From an uncultured delta proteobacterium (GTDB lineage Bacteria > Myxococcota_A > Polyangia > Polyangiales > Polyangiaceae): a DNA stretch of 64,000 nt. The notes beneath the pieces are model-generated. The model saw nothing but the letters and a program-made list of their open reading frames with translations. It searched no databases and had not been told where the DNA came from. Below are positions 29,329-38,913 of this stretch, one piece after another. A program made the position numbers and the translations under genes. The stretch's first letter is position 1. Every line of letters begins with the position of its first letter. Location of the stretch: the NCBI GenBank assembly GCA_963696385.1, contig CAVOKF010000008.1, forward strand, positions 96,001-160,000. Reading direction: 5' to 3'.

Positions 29329-32300
29329 TCAGTGAAAGTCCCGGCTCATGGCGGGCATGTCGTGAAGACCCAGCTTCGTCAGACGATCGGGAACGACGTA
29401 GACGACGTCGCCTTGTTTTTCGATTTTACCGTCCACGGCGAGCAAAGCGCTCGTCGTCACGACGTGTCGCCAACGATCGAACGTCTTGGCCCAAAGGATC
29501 AGATTGACGAAACCCGTCTCATCCTCGAGTGTGATGAACACGACGCCGCTCGCCGTCGCCGGCCGCTGCCGGCAAATGACCAGGCCCGCGGTGCTCACGC
29601 GGGCCCCGTTCGCTAGGGCTGGCAGATCGCGCGCTGTCTTGAATCGCGCCGGCAAAGACGAACGGACGACGTTCATCGCATGGTCACCGACGGCTACCCC
29701 CGTCGCTTCGTAATCGAGCACGAGCTGCTCGGCGCGAGACATCTGCGGAAGCTCGGGCATGGGGTCGTCCCGATCGATGCCCGCCAACAGGCCTCGCTCG
29801 CGTGGAGATCTCACTTCCCAGATGGCCTCGCGCCGCACCAGACCGAAGTTCTCGAGGGCCCCGGCCCTCGCAAGCGCTTCGACGTCGCGCTTGCCCAAAT
29901 CGGCGCGCGCGATCAAGTCCTCGATGCTCGCATAACGACGATCGCACCGGGCTCGCTCGATTCGCCGGCCTACCTCGTGGCCGAGCCCTTTCACGAGTCT
30001 CAACCCCAAGCGCAACGCCGGGGGATCGGCGTCCGTCGCCGGATCGCCCCCTTCGAGCGTACAGTCCCAAGCGCTCGCATCGACGCGAACGGGCAGGACT
30101 TCGATGCCGTGTCGCTCCGCGTCGCTGATGATCGACGCCGACGAATAGAAGCCCATCGGCTGGCTGTTGATGAGAGCCGCGGCGAATGCCGCCGGATGAT
30201 GCACTTTGAGCCACGCGCTCACGTACACGAGAAGCGCGAAGCTTGCCGCATGACTTTCCGGGAATCCGTACTCGCCAAAACCCTCGATCGACCGATAGAG
30301 ACGCTCGCCGAAATCGCGTGAGATTCCGTTGTTCTCGAAGCCTGCGAGAAGTCGGCTCCGATGGCGCTCGAGCCGACCGTTGCGGCGCCACGCCGCCATG
30401 TCGCGCCGGAGCTGGTCCGCCTCACCTCCGGTGTAACCGGCTCCCACGATGGCGAGTTGCATCACCTGCTCTTGGAATAGCGGCACGCCCAGCGTTCGAT
30501 CGAGCACGGGCGCGAGCTTCGGGTGCGGCAGGTCCACCGCCTCCTCTCCGGTACGCCGTCGCAGATACGGATGGACCATCCCGCCTTGAATCGGACCCGG
30601 ACGGACGATGGCGACCTCGATGACCAGATCGTAGAAGCATCGCGGCCGCAACCGCGGCAGCATCGCCATCTGTGCGCGGCTTTCGATCTGAAACACGCCG
30701 ACCGTGTCGGCCTTGCAGAGTGCGTCATACACGCGGGGGTCCTCCGCCGGAACGCGCGCAAGCCGGTCGATCGCCGTCGGCGCTGCCAAGCGCGCGTCGG
30801 TCTGCGCCATCGCCAGGGCTTTACGGATCGCGGTCAGCATTCCGAGGCCGAGCACGTCGACCTTGAAGAAGCCAAGCGTGTCGAGATCGTCCTTGTCCCA
30901 TGGGACGATGGTCCGGCCGGGCATCGTCGCCGGCTCGATCGGGGCCACACTCGTCAGCGGTTCGGCGCTCAGCACGAACCCTCCCACGTGGATCGACAGG
31001 TGCCGCGGGAAACCTTGAATGGCGCGAGCGAAGCCAAGCACTTGGCGAATCCGCCAGTCTCGAGGATCGAAGCCACACGCGACGATGCGGTTCTCCGGGA
31101 TCTCGTCGATCTTGTCCCACCATGCGACCAGAGTGCTCAACCGTTCGACCTGCTCGAGCGACAAGCCGAACACTTTGCCCACGTCACGAAGCGCGCTCTT
31201 GCCGCGATAGGAGATGACCTCGCTCACCATAGCGGCGCGATCGCGCGAGTAGGTCTCGTAGATGGCCTGAATGACCTCCTCCCGGCGCTCGTGCTCGAAG
31301 TCGACGTCGATGTCGGGCGGCTCGTGACGGTCGCTCGATAAAAACCGCTCGAACAGCAAGTGGCTGCGCACCGGATCGACCGCGGTGACGCCGAGGCAGT
31401 AGCACACGGCGCTGTTGGCGGCGCTGCCGCGTCCCTGGCAGAGAATGTCGCGCAAGCGGGCCATTTGGACGATGCTTCGGACACTCAGAAAGTATTTCGC
31501 GACCTGCATACCGGCGATGAGCGCGAGCTCCTTGTCGATCTGCGATCGAACGCCGTCTGGAACGCCCTCGGGGTAACGGCTCTTGGCCCCCTCGTACGTC
31601 CATCGCCGGAGTGCCTCATCGACCGTCTCGCCCGGCGTCATCGTGTCCGCGTCGACTTCATAGGGAAATTGATAACGAATCTCGCGGAGCGAAAAGCGGC
31701 ACGCGCTCGCGATCTCGCCCGCGCGATCCAGCCACGCCGGTCGATCGGAGAAGAGCCGTTGCATGTCGGCCCGCGATTTCAGGTGGGCCTCGCCGTTGGG
31801 CAGCAGAGCGCGCCCCGCTTCGTCGAGCGACACGACCTCGCGAATGCAATGCAGCACGTCGAACAACGGCTTGTCCGCCGGATCCGAGAACAACACCCGG
31901 TTGGTCGCACACACCGGCACGCCAAGATCGCGGGCAATCGCCTCGGCACGTCGGACCCGCGTGCGGTCCTCGCCATCGAGGTGGCGCCAAGCCGCGATCG
32001 ACAAGCGACCGCCGAACGCCTCCTTCAAGCGACCGATGCCCATCGCGTCTGCCGGAGGTACCAGGCACCAGAGTCCGGACGCCCGCGCGCACACGCGATC
32101 GATCGGAACTCCGGCGAATTGATTGCGAGGCACGCCCTCATCCGGCTTGCGGGGCGTACCCTTAGGATGTCGGAAGTGGCTCTCGGTGAGCAGTCGGCAC
32201 AGGTTGGCGTACCCTTCGAGCGTGGCGACGTGCAGCCAGAGCGATTGCAGCGGGCTGTCGTCGATAGCCAACTCGCAGCCGACCACCAGACGCATCCCCG

Positions 32301-32466
32301 CTTGCTCCGCAGCTTCGAGCGCCCGCACCATCCCGTAAAGTCCGTCGCAATCCGCGATGCCCATCGTGTCGTAGTCGAGTTCGACCGCACGTCGCACGAG
32401 CGCCTTCGGCGCCGAGCCACCTCGAAGCATCGAGAAGTGCGTCCGCGCAGCAATTTCGACGAACAC
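29329..32466 (-). CDS. dnaE2: Error-prone DNA polymerase III alpha
   Basis: PHP domain, QGRGSAANS, PPDIDVDFEH, YGFPESHAASF, C-terminal SRDFH typical of DnaE2. Confidence 0.96.
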   Translation of the reverse strand: MFVEIAARTHFSMLRGGSAPKALVRRAVELDYDTMGIADCDGLYGMVRALEAAEQAGMRLVVGCELAIDDSPLQSLWLHVATLEGYANLCRLLTESHFRHPKGTPRKPDEGVPRNQFAGVPIDRVCARASGLWCLVPPADAMGIGRLKEAFGGRLSIAAWRHLDGEDRTRVRRAEAIARDLGVPVCATNRVLFSDPADKPLFDVLHCIREVVSLDEAGRALLPNGEAHLKSRADMQRLFSDRPAWLDRAGEIASACRFSLREIRYQFPYEVDADTMTPGETVDEALRRWTYEGAKSRYPEGVPDGVRSQIDKELALIAGMQVAKYFLSVRSIVQMARLRDILCQGRGSAANSAVCYCLGVTAVDPVRSHLLFERFLSSDRHEPPDIDVDFEHERREEVIQAIYETYSRDRAAMVSEVISYRGKSALRDVGKVFGLSLEQVERLSTLVAWWDKIDEIPENRIVACGFDPRDWRIRQVLGFARAIQGFPRHLSIHVGGFVLSAEPLTSVAPIEPATMPGRTIVPWDKDDLDTLGFFKVDVLGLGMLTAIRKALAMAQTDARLAAPTAIDRLARVPAEDPRVYDALCKADTVGVFQIESRAQMAMLPRLRPRCFYDLVIEVAIVRPGPIQGGMVHPYLRRRTGEEAVDLPHPKLAPVLDRTLGVPLFQEQVMQLAIVGAGYTGGEADQLRRDMAAWRRNGRLERHRSRLLAGFENNGISRDFGERLYRSIEGFGEYGFPESHAASFALLVYVSAWLKVHHPAAFAAALINSQPMGFYSSASIISDAERHGIEVLPVRVDASAWDCTLEGGDPATDADPPALRLGLRLVKGLGHEVGRRIERARCDRRYASIEDLIARADLGKRDVEALARAGALENFGLVRREAIWEVRSPRERGLLAGIDRDDPMPELPQMSRAEQLVLDYEATGVAVGDHAMNVVRSSLPARFKTARDLPALANGARVSTAGLVICRQRPATASGVVFITLEDETGFVNLILWAKTFDRWRHVVTTSALLAVDGKIEKQGDVVYVVPDRLTKLGLHDMPAMSRDFH

Positions 32467-32503
32467 GGCGGGACCGGATGCAACGAGGAGCTCGAGCGGT
32501 GCT

Positions 32504-34084
32504 CTAGCGTCCCGCCCTCTCGCGCACGATTCCGAGCAGGATGTCGGTGTCGAACGGCTTGCTGAGTCGACGGTTCGGAACCCTTGCCAGAAAGTCTTGC
32601 GCTCGTGCCGTGAACACACCGCCGGTCACGAACACCATGCGTTCCGCTTGGGTCGGGTCGATGACCCTGAGTGTGTCGTGAAGCGCCTGGCCATCCATGT
32701 CGGGAAGCATCAGATCGCAAAAGAGGACATCGAACCGATCGCCGGCCTCGATGCACGCCAGCGCGTCGCGGGCACGGGTCACAGCCACGACCTCGCACCA
32801 TTTACTCAGCAGCCGTTCAAGCGCAAAGCAGACGCTTGGCTCATCATCGACGATCAACGCACGCACTCGCCGAACGTCGCCCGAAACCGCCGGCGCGGAG
32901 CCATCGCGCGCTTGCGCCTTGCCGATCGCGGCGGCATCGGTCGACTCCCGCACGGCGGGCAGATCCACGCGAAACGTCGTTCCCACCCCAACCTCGGTCT
33001 CGAAGCTGAGCATCCCGCCGAGCGAAGTCACGATGCCATGGCAGATCGCAAGCCCCAGTCCCGTACCGATGCCCACCGGTTTGGTCGTGAAGAAGGGCTC
33101 GAAAATGCGTCCCCGTACCTGGGTCGGAATGCCCACACCGTTGTCTTTCACTTCGATGACGACGCGCTCGACTCCCGACGCTTTGACGACGACTCGAATG
33201 TCGTTGGACGATGGCCGGTCTTCGGGCAACGATTGAACCGCGTTCATGAGCAGGTTCAGAAACACCTGTCCGAGCCGCGCCTCGTTCGCGAACACGTTCG
33301 GGACCTGCGCGTAGTCTTTGATGAGCCGCGCCCGATGCCGGATCTCGTTATGGACCATCGCCAGTGTAGCGTCGAGCACGCAGACGACGTCGAGAGACTG
33401 GCGCGTGTCGTTGTCGGGCCGCGAGAATGTCTTCAAGCCACGGACGATGTCGCGGATGCGTTCGGCCCCGCTTCGCGCGTGGTCGAGCGATAGCCTCAAT
33501 TCGCGCGTACGATCGTCGGCGCGGTCCGACAGTAGGTCCGTAATTTCGTCGCTGACGTATTGAATATTCAAAAGCACGTAAGCGAGCGGATTGTTGATTT
33601 CATGCGCGACGCCCGCCGCCAATGTACCGAGCGACGTGAGCCGGTCGGTCATCGCCAAACCCGCTTGGAGATCGCGATGTTCGCTTTCGACCAGAAGTTG
33701 GTCGATCGTGTCGATCAGCGTATCGTAATCGACCGGCTTTTTGAGGTAAGCCTCGGCATCGATCGCAGCCGCCTTGGCGGTCGCGTCCGCGCTGAGGGCA
33801 AGGACGGGAATGCTCGCGAACTGCGGATCGCCTTTCTGGACAACACGGAACTGCCAACCATCCATGACCGGCATCATCAGATCGAGCAAGATCAAATCGG
33901 GTTTCGGCGACATGCGCAGCCAGTCGAGCGCCTCACGGCCGTTCGAGCACCCTGCAACGCGAAAGCCTTCCATGGACAGTAGGCTGCCGAGCGCATCACG
34001 GATATCCGGGTCGTCTTCGACGACGAGCAACGAACGAGAAGCGGCACGCTGTTCGAATCCCGGCGATCGCATGGGGTCGATCAT
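32504..34084 (-). CDS. Cytoplasmic hybrid histidine kinase (REC-HisKA-HATPase-REC)
   Basis: LLVVEDD...DLMMPVMDG; AHEINNPL; DNGVG, FFTTKPVGIGTGLGL; second receiver LIVDDE...DLMLPDMDG...KPF. Confidence 0.93.
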   Translation of the reverse strand: MIDPMRSPGFEQRAASRSLLVVEDDPDIRDALGSLLSMEGFRVAGCSNGREALDWLRMSPKPDLILLDLMMPVMDGWQFRVVQKGDPQFASIPVLALSADATAKAAAIDAEAYLKKPVDYDTLIDTIDQLLVESEHRDLQAGLAMTDRLTSLGTLAAGVAHEINNPLAYVLLNIQYVSDEITDLLSDRADDRTRELRLSLDHARSGAERIRDIVRGLKTFSRPDNDTRQSLDVVCVLDATLAMVHNEIRHRARLIKDYAQVPNVFANEARLGQVFLNLLMNAVQSLPEDRPSSNDIRVVVKASGVERVVIEVKDNGVGIPTQVRGRIFEPFFTTKPVGIGTGLGLAICHGIVTSLGGMLSFETEVGVGTTFRVDLPAVRESTDAAAIGKAQARDGSAPAVSGDVRRVRALIVDDEPSVCFALERLLSKWCEVVAVTRARDALACIEAGDRFDVLFCDLMLPDMDGQALHDTLRVIDPTQAERMVFVTGGVFTARAQDFLARVPNRRLSKPFDTDILLGIVRERAGR

Positions 34085-34137
34085 CGGGCGACGACCGTAG
34101 CGTGTCGACGTGCATTTCGATTGAGAGGCAATTTGCC

Positions 34138-35829
34138 TCAATCGAACCATCCTCGAAGCGTGGCGCTCTCATCGATTCGTCGGCCGGGTGGACGCGGTTC
34201 ACCCAGCTTTGCTGGCGCAACCTGTCCCGAGCACAACGCGATCTCGACCCATGCGAGAGCGCTTCCGTAACGTCCCGACGGGTCCACTTTCAACCATACC
34301 GCGGCGAGATCTCGCCGACCCGCGTCGCGACGCCGCCACCATTGAACCGCGTCGATGCGCGCGAGAAGATCCAAATCGGCCAGCCCCTCGGAAGGCACCC
34401 GAACCGGGCCAACGAGGCGCGATGGTTCGATGGCCGAGGTCACCAACGCGTGCCGTCCCGCATGCCCCAAGCCTCGCGGAACACCGAACGGCACGAGCCG
34501 CGTCCGCTCGTCGGGCACCCACGTGTCGTTCAACTCGAGCGTGCCGACGTTTGCCGCGCCGAGGTCGGCCGCCAGTTCGGCGACGAGCCGTGGAAGCGCT
34601 CGATCGGCTTTCGGTTCGGGCGTGAGCAGGTCGATCGTACGCGGGGCCGAAACCGCGAGATCCGGCGCGCGAAGGGTCACTGCGACGACGGGAGCGGCCA
34701 ACACTTCGCGTTCCAGACGGATCCGGGCGACGGCCAGCAAATCCGAAGCACACGCGACAGGCGCGGGAAGAACGATATCGAGAATCGATTGGCATCCGGC
34801 GTCACCGCTGCGCGGAGGTTCGAGCGTGAGAACGATCTCGATCCGCGACGCCGCCATGGCCCGTCCCTCGAGGCGCACGGCCAGCCGATCGCAAAGCGTC
34901 TTGGTCACGAAGGTGATGGACTCGACCGACGACGCAGCCCAATCGAGATCGATGCGCTCTTCAGGCACCGGGGGAGGACGCCACGCTTCGAGCGGCGATC
35001 GGTCTTCTCCGGCCAGCATGGGCATCACGTCGTACGCCCGGCCGCCGAGCCTCGTGCCCAGAGCGCGACGCGGAAGTTTTTGCAAATCACCGCACGTGCG
35101 CAAACCGAGATTCGTGAGCCAAGCCACGACGTCGTCGTCGAGCCGGAGCGCCTCGAGCGGCAGGATGCTCACGGCAGAAGCCCCCTGCCCTTCGGGTACG
35201 AGGATCGGGGTCGATTCTCGTCGATCCGTCCGACCGTTCGCGACGGCGGCTTGCTGCCCGGGCCGGCGAACCTTTCGAACGGGCGCGAAGCGCGCGACAG
35301 CCGCTGCGATACGAGGCCCTTCGGCGATCGCGATCCGACATGCATGACCCAGATCGCGAACGCGATCTTCGAGGGCTTGCGCGAGACCGTACTCGCCTCC
35401 GCACAAATGGGCGCAACCGCTCACCTCGACCCACACGACGTCTTGCGCGATATCGAATGCGACCGCAGGGCCAAACGAGAGCGCCAGTTCGGCCACGCGC
35501 ATCAGCGCCGATCGCACGGCCTCTTCCGCAACGACACGAACCCGCAAGTCCGAGCATTTGGCCCGGGCTGCCGCCACCGTGTGCCCCGGCCGTACGCCCA
35601 GCGCGCGTGCCTCTTCGGACACGACGTCGAGTCGTGTCCCCCCGATCACGTCGCGGTCGGTCTTCAGGGTACCGCCGGAGCGTGCGACGATGACGGCAAC
35701 GGGAGACGATCGGATCGAGTTCGAAACGACGGGCGAGCGTCCTTGTCCTGGCGCACGTCCGCCTTGGCCATCGGCTCTTGCGATCTCGACGCGAATCTCG
35801 GGAAGCGCCACGCAGGCGATGCGGCGCAT
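34138..35829 (-). CDS. imuB: Y-family polymerase-like mutagenesis protein
   Basis: MRRIACVALP, ARALGVRPGHTVAAARA, EVSGCAHLCGGE, LPLEALRL, LGLRTCGDL; position in the cassette. Confidence 0.88.
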   Translation of the reverse strand: MRRIACVALPEIRVEIARADGQGGRAPGQGRSPVVSNSIRSSPVAVIVARSGGTLKTDRDVIGGTRLDVVSEEARALGVRPGHTVAAARAKCSDLRVRVVAEEAVRSALMRVAELALSFGPAVAFDIAQDVVWVEVSGCAHLCGGEYGLAQALEDRVRDLGHACRIAIAEGPRIAAAVARFAPVRKVRRPGQQAAVANGRTDRRESTPILVPEGQGASAVSILPLEALRLDDDVVAWLTNLGLRTCGDLQKLPRRALGTRLGGRAYDVMPMLAGEDRSPLEAWRPPPVPEERIDLDWAASSVESITFVTKTLCDRLAVRLEGRAMAASRIEIVLTLEPPRSGDAGCQSILDIVLPAPVACASDLLAVARIRLEREVLAAPVVAVTLRAPDLAVSAPRTIDLLTPEPKADRALPRLVAELAADLGAANVGTLELNDTWVPDERTRLVPFGVPRGLGHAGRHALVTSAIEPSRLVGPVRVPSEGLADLDLLARIDAVQWWRRRDAGRRDLAAVWLKVDPSGRYGSALAWVEIALCSGQVAPAKLGEPRPPGRRIDESATLRGWFD

Positions 35830-35831
35830 GA

Positions 35832-36575
35832 TCAACCCGCCGTCGCGCGTGTGACAGGGTAAAATGGGACCGTCTTGGCCAGCCCGACGCGCCCGCGCCG
35901 GTCTTTTGCGATACGAACCGCGAGGTCGGTCCGACTCGGTCGCGAGAGTTCGAGTCGCAACGCGACCGGCCAAACGACCGCGCGCGAACGGGTCGAATCC
36001 GTCAACAGGAAGACCGAGGCACCGCTCGGCTCGGCCGCGAGCGCCAGCTTTCGAACGAGAACCTCGGGAGATCCGGCGTGGGCGCCCGTGGGTTGCCGCC
36101 CCCCCCGCGTCAGGGACGCGGACGAAACCGGCGAAGCCCCCATCACCGCATCAAAATCGATGACGACGACTTCGAAAGCACCCGATAAAACGATCTTCAC
36201 CGCGACGCGACCCAAGTCTGCGCGCGGCGGATGCACGACCAACATTCGTGCGAGATCAACCCCGGAAGCGACCACCCCCGGCGCGTGCAACGTCGCCTCC
36301 GGATCAATCCAAGCCGACCAGGCGGTGAGCGCCCTCGATTGGCTGGCACGTACAGCCGTGAGCGCGACGCTCGTGGCTCCTCCCAATGCGCGGGGGGCCG
36401 TAAGCTCCACCACCCCACGCGGCAGCCCTCCGTCGGGCAGAATGTCGTTCAGGCCCGGCCAAGCCAGCGATAGGAGAGGTCGGCCCCCTTCTTCGGAGGC
36501 CGTGCCCAGCCTGCGACGACCCAGGCGGGCAAGTAGCTTCTCGACGTCTTCGTGGATGGCAACCGAGGCACCCAT
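35832..36575 (-). CDS. imuA: RecA/SulA-like mutagenesis protein
   Basis: LNDILPDGGLPRGVVEL, AWIDPEATLHAPG, GVDLARMLVV; upstream of imuB. Confidence 0.85.
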   Translation of the reverse strand: MGASVAIHEDVEKLLARLGRRRLGTASEEGGRPLLSLAWPGLNDILPDGGLPRGVVELTAPRALGGATSVALTAVRASQSRALTAWSAWIDPEATLHAPGVVASGVDLARMLVVHPPRADLGRVAVKIVLSGAFEVVVIDFDAVMGASPVSSASLTRGGRQPTGAHAGSPEVLVRKLALAAEPSGASVFLLTDSTRSRAVVWPVALRLELSRPSRTDLAVRIAKDRRGRVGLAKTVPFYPVTRATAG

Positions 36576-36579
36576 AATA

Positions 36580-36595
36580 CTGAACAAGATAGCAG
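36580..36595 (-). promoter_or_regulatory. Myxococcus-type LexA (SOS) box
   Basis: Minus strand CTGCTATCTTGTTCAG, close to the M. xanthus consensus CTRHAMRYBYGTTCAGS, 4 nt before the imuA ATG. Confidence 0.7.
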
Positions 36596-36760
36596 GTCCG
36601 ATCGAGACCGCCAAGGGGTGCTACGTTGCCTCGCCGGCAGGACTTGCCGGTCTCCGATCTGCCCGTCTCAGACTTGCCGGTAGGGCCCGGCCGCACGGAT
36701 CTCGGCAGGACCTTCCGATCGGACCGCCGGCCACTCACACGCAGCGCAGCCCTTTCCGCC

Positions 36761-37627
36761 ATGGCGACATCCATGCCCCCCGATCCTCAGATCCATTCGC
36801 TTCGCGAGCTCCTACGCGCCATGGGATCGGTGCTCGTGTGCTATTCGGGCGGAGTCGACAGTGCGTTCGTGCTGGCCGTCGCACACGACGTCCTCGGCCG
36901 ATCCGGCGCAGTCGGGATGACGGCCGTGTCAGCCAGTCTCGCCCCCTTCGAGAGGGAAGCCGCCGTCGCCGTGGCCAAGCAGATCGGCGCCCGTCACGAG
37001 CTCGTCGAGTCTCATGAAATGGATCGTCCGGCCTACGTCGCCAACGGCCCGGACCGCTGCTTTCATTGCAAGTCCGAGCTTTACGAAATCGCCGCCATCA
37101 AAGCCCGATCCTGGGGCCTCAACCACGTGATCAACGGCACCAACGTCGACGATCTAGGCGATTACCGGCCCGGCCTCGACGCCGCAAAAGCCGCCTCCGT
37201 GCGAAGCGTCCTCGTCGAGTGCGGCTTCCGCAAAGAAGACGTGCGACGCGGCTCGCGTCTCTTGGGTCTGGCGATCTGGGACAAGCCCGCGAGCGCCTGC
37301 CTCTCGAGCCGCATCCCTTACGGCACGCACGTCACTCGCGAACGCCTCGCGCAAATCGGCGGCTTCGAAGCCGAGTTGCACGCGCTCGGCCTGCGGCAAG
37401 TGCGCGTGCGCTGGCATCGGCTGGGCGAGGGCGCATCGTCGTCCGAACTTGCACTGGGCCGCGTCGAGGTGGCCCGCGACGAGATCGGTGTCGCGTTCGA
37501 TCGGCGCGACGCGATCGTCGAAGCGGGCAAACGATTCGGCTTCACCTACGTGACGTTGGACCTACAGGGGTACCGCGTAGGCAGCCACAACGACGTTCTC
37601 GTCGGCAGGAGCCTACGGGTGGTGTGA
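36761..37627 (+). CDS. larE: ATP-dependent sulfur transferase LarE family (PP-loop)
   Basis: YSGGVDSA, RCFHCK, GTNVDDLGDYRPG, ACLSSRIPYG, VTLDLQGYR. Confidence 0.9.
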   Translation: MATSMPPDPQIHSLRELLRAMGSVLVCYSGGVDSAFVLAVAHDVLGRSGAVGMTAVSASLAPFEREAAVAVAKQIGARHELVESHEMDRPAYVANGPDRCFHCKSELYEIAAIKARSWGLNHVINGTNVDDLGDYRPGLDAAKAASVRSVLVECGFRKEDVRRGSRLLGLAIWDKPASACLSSRIPYGTHVTRERLAQIGGFEAELHALGLRQVRVRWHRLGEGASSSELALGRVEVARDEIGVAFDRRDAIVEAGKRFGFTYVTLDLQGYRVGSHNDVLVGRSLRVV

Positions 37628-37684
37628 AGCGAGGCAGAACCCGGCCGCAACGGGCCCGCCTCGGACATGCCGGCCTCGGGCAGG

Positions 37685-38913
37685 TCACCCCGCATGCTGC
37701 AGCCGCCACGTCGCTGCGACACCTTGAACGACCGGAATGCGCAGCCCCGGATTCGGGTGGGTACGCAAGAAGCCGAGCCAAGGATTTGCACCGGAGGCCC
37801 GTTCGAGCCGCGCAAAGAAGTCGAGGAGCCACAGGCCCCCCTCTTCGGTCCATCGATACGATCGCGCCGAGCGCGCAAGACCGGCGTCGAGCGTATTCAC
37901 GCAGCCGCTCGTATCGGCAGCCATCTCGTTGGGCTGATTCAATCCGGGAAGCACGGACGCCGCCAACTGGCCGATTCGCGCGATCGCCGGGCCGGGACCC
38001 GCGGATGGCCCGTTCGCACAACCGGTGTGTCCCAAGTAGTGGTGGGACAGCTCGTGACCGAAGGTAAACGCCACGATCTCGTCGAATATCTCGTGGGCGC
38101 GCGAGATGCGCCGCGGGTCGAGCCAAACCTGGACGGGGATCCCCCCACCGGAAGCATGGCGCTGCCGCCCTCCTTCGAAACGAGTCGCGGCGCGACGACG
38201 GAAACGTAGGCCGCGTATGTCTGCGTCCCGTACATCTCGTCGGTTGCCTTGGTTTGCGAGATGGCATCGATCGCTTCGAGCAAACCTTCGGTCCCCGCGA
38301 TGAACGGAGCACCGCCGTCGTCGCATCCCGCGAACGCATTCACTTCGTTCGGATTCGGATCCACGACGAGCGGAACGGTGACCACCCGGGCAGCGTTCGC
38401 CGGGCTCAGCGAACGGACGATCTCTTGGATGACGGCGCGCGATTCGGCTTGCCAGGCCGCTGGACCCAGAAGCGGGCCGAGCAGCGGCCTGGTTGCAGTT
38501 CCCGGTAGCGGTTGCGCCGCCGAGGGGCCCGACGGCATGGGGGGAAAGGGAAACAAAATCGGCGGCGGTGCGGAGCTCGGGCTCGGCGACAAGAACGCGC
38601 GGGCGGGCGCAGCATACGGCAGCGGCCAAGCGGGGGACGCCAGCTGGCCGGGGGGCTGCGGCGCCGCCGCCGACGAAGCCCCCACCGCAGGCGACGCGTA
38701 ACCCTGCGCGGGCGGCGGGATGGACCGAGGCGGCGGCTGGGGTACCGATTCGCAGGCGAACCCGCATGCAGCGCCGAGCGCGATGCAGACCCAAGCGACG
38801 AAAGCGTTCGACCTCGACCTCGATCCCGACCTCGATCCCGACCTCGATCCCGACCCGCGGGCCGCGAGAACCCCTCGGACCGCGACGGTCCGCGGTGCGA
38901 TCGGAGGCCTCAC
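37685..38913 (-). CDS. M48-like zinc metallopeptidase lipoprotein, frameshifted at the G6 run near 38141-38146
   Basis: Signal and Cys (LGAACGFAC), Pro-rich linker, VNAFA; second frame GHELSH, NEMAAD, RTHP; GTG start overlaps the kinase stop. Confidence 0.8.
38809..38857. repeat. Hexamer tract (CGACCT/CGATCC)n
   Basis: Read directly; encodes GSGSRSGSRS in the presumed N-region of the M48 protein. Confidence 0.85.

Noticed and set aside
38141..38146. Phase variation at the G6 run in the M48 gene
   Set aside because: The run is short and the window has several other apparent indel errors
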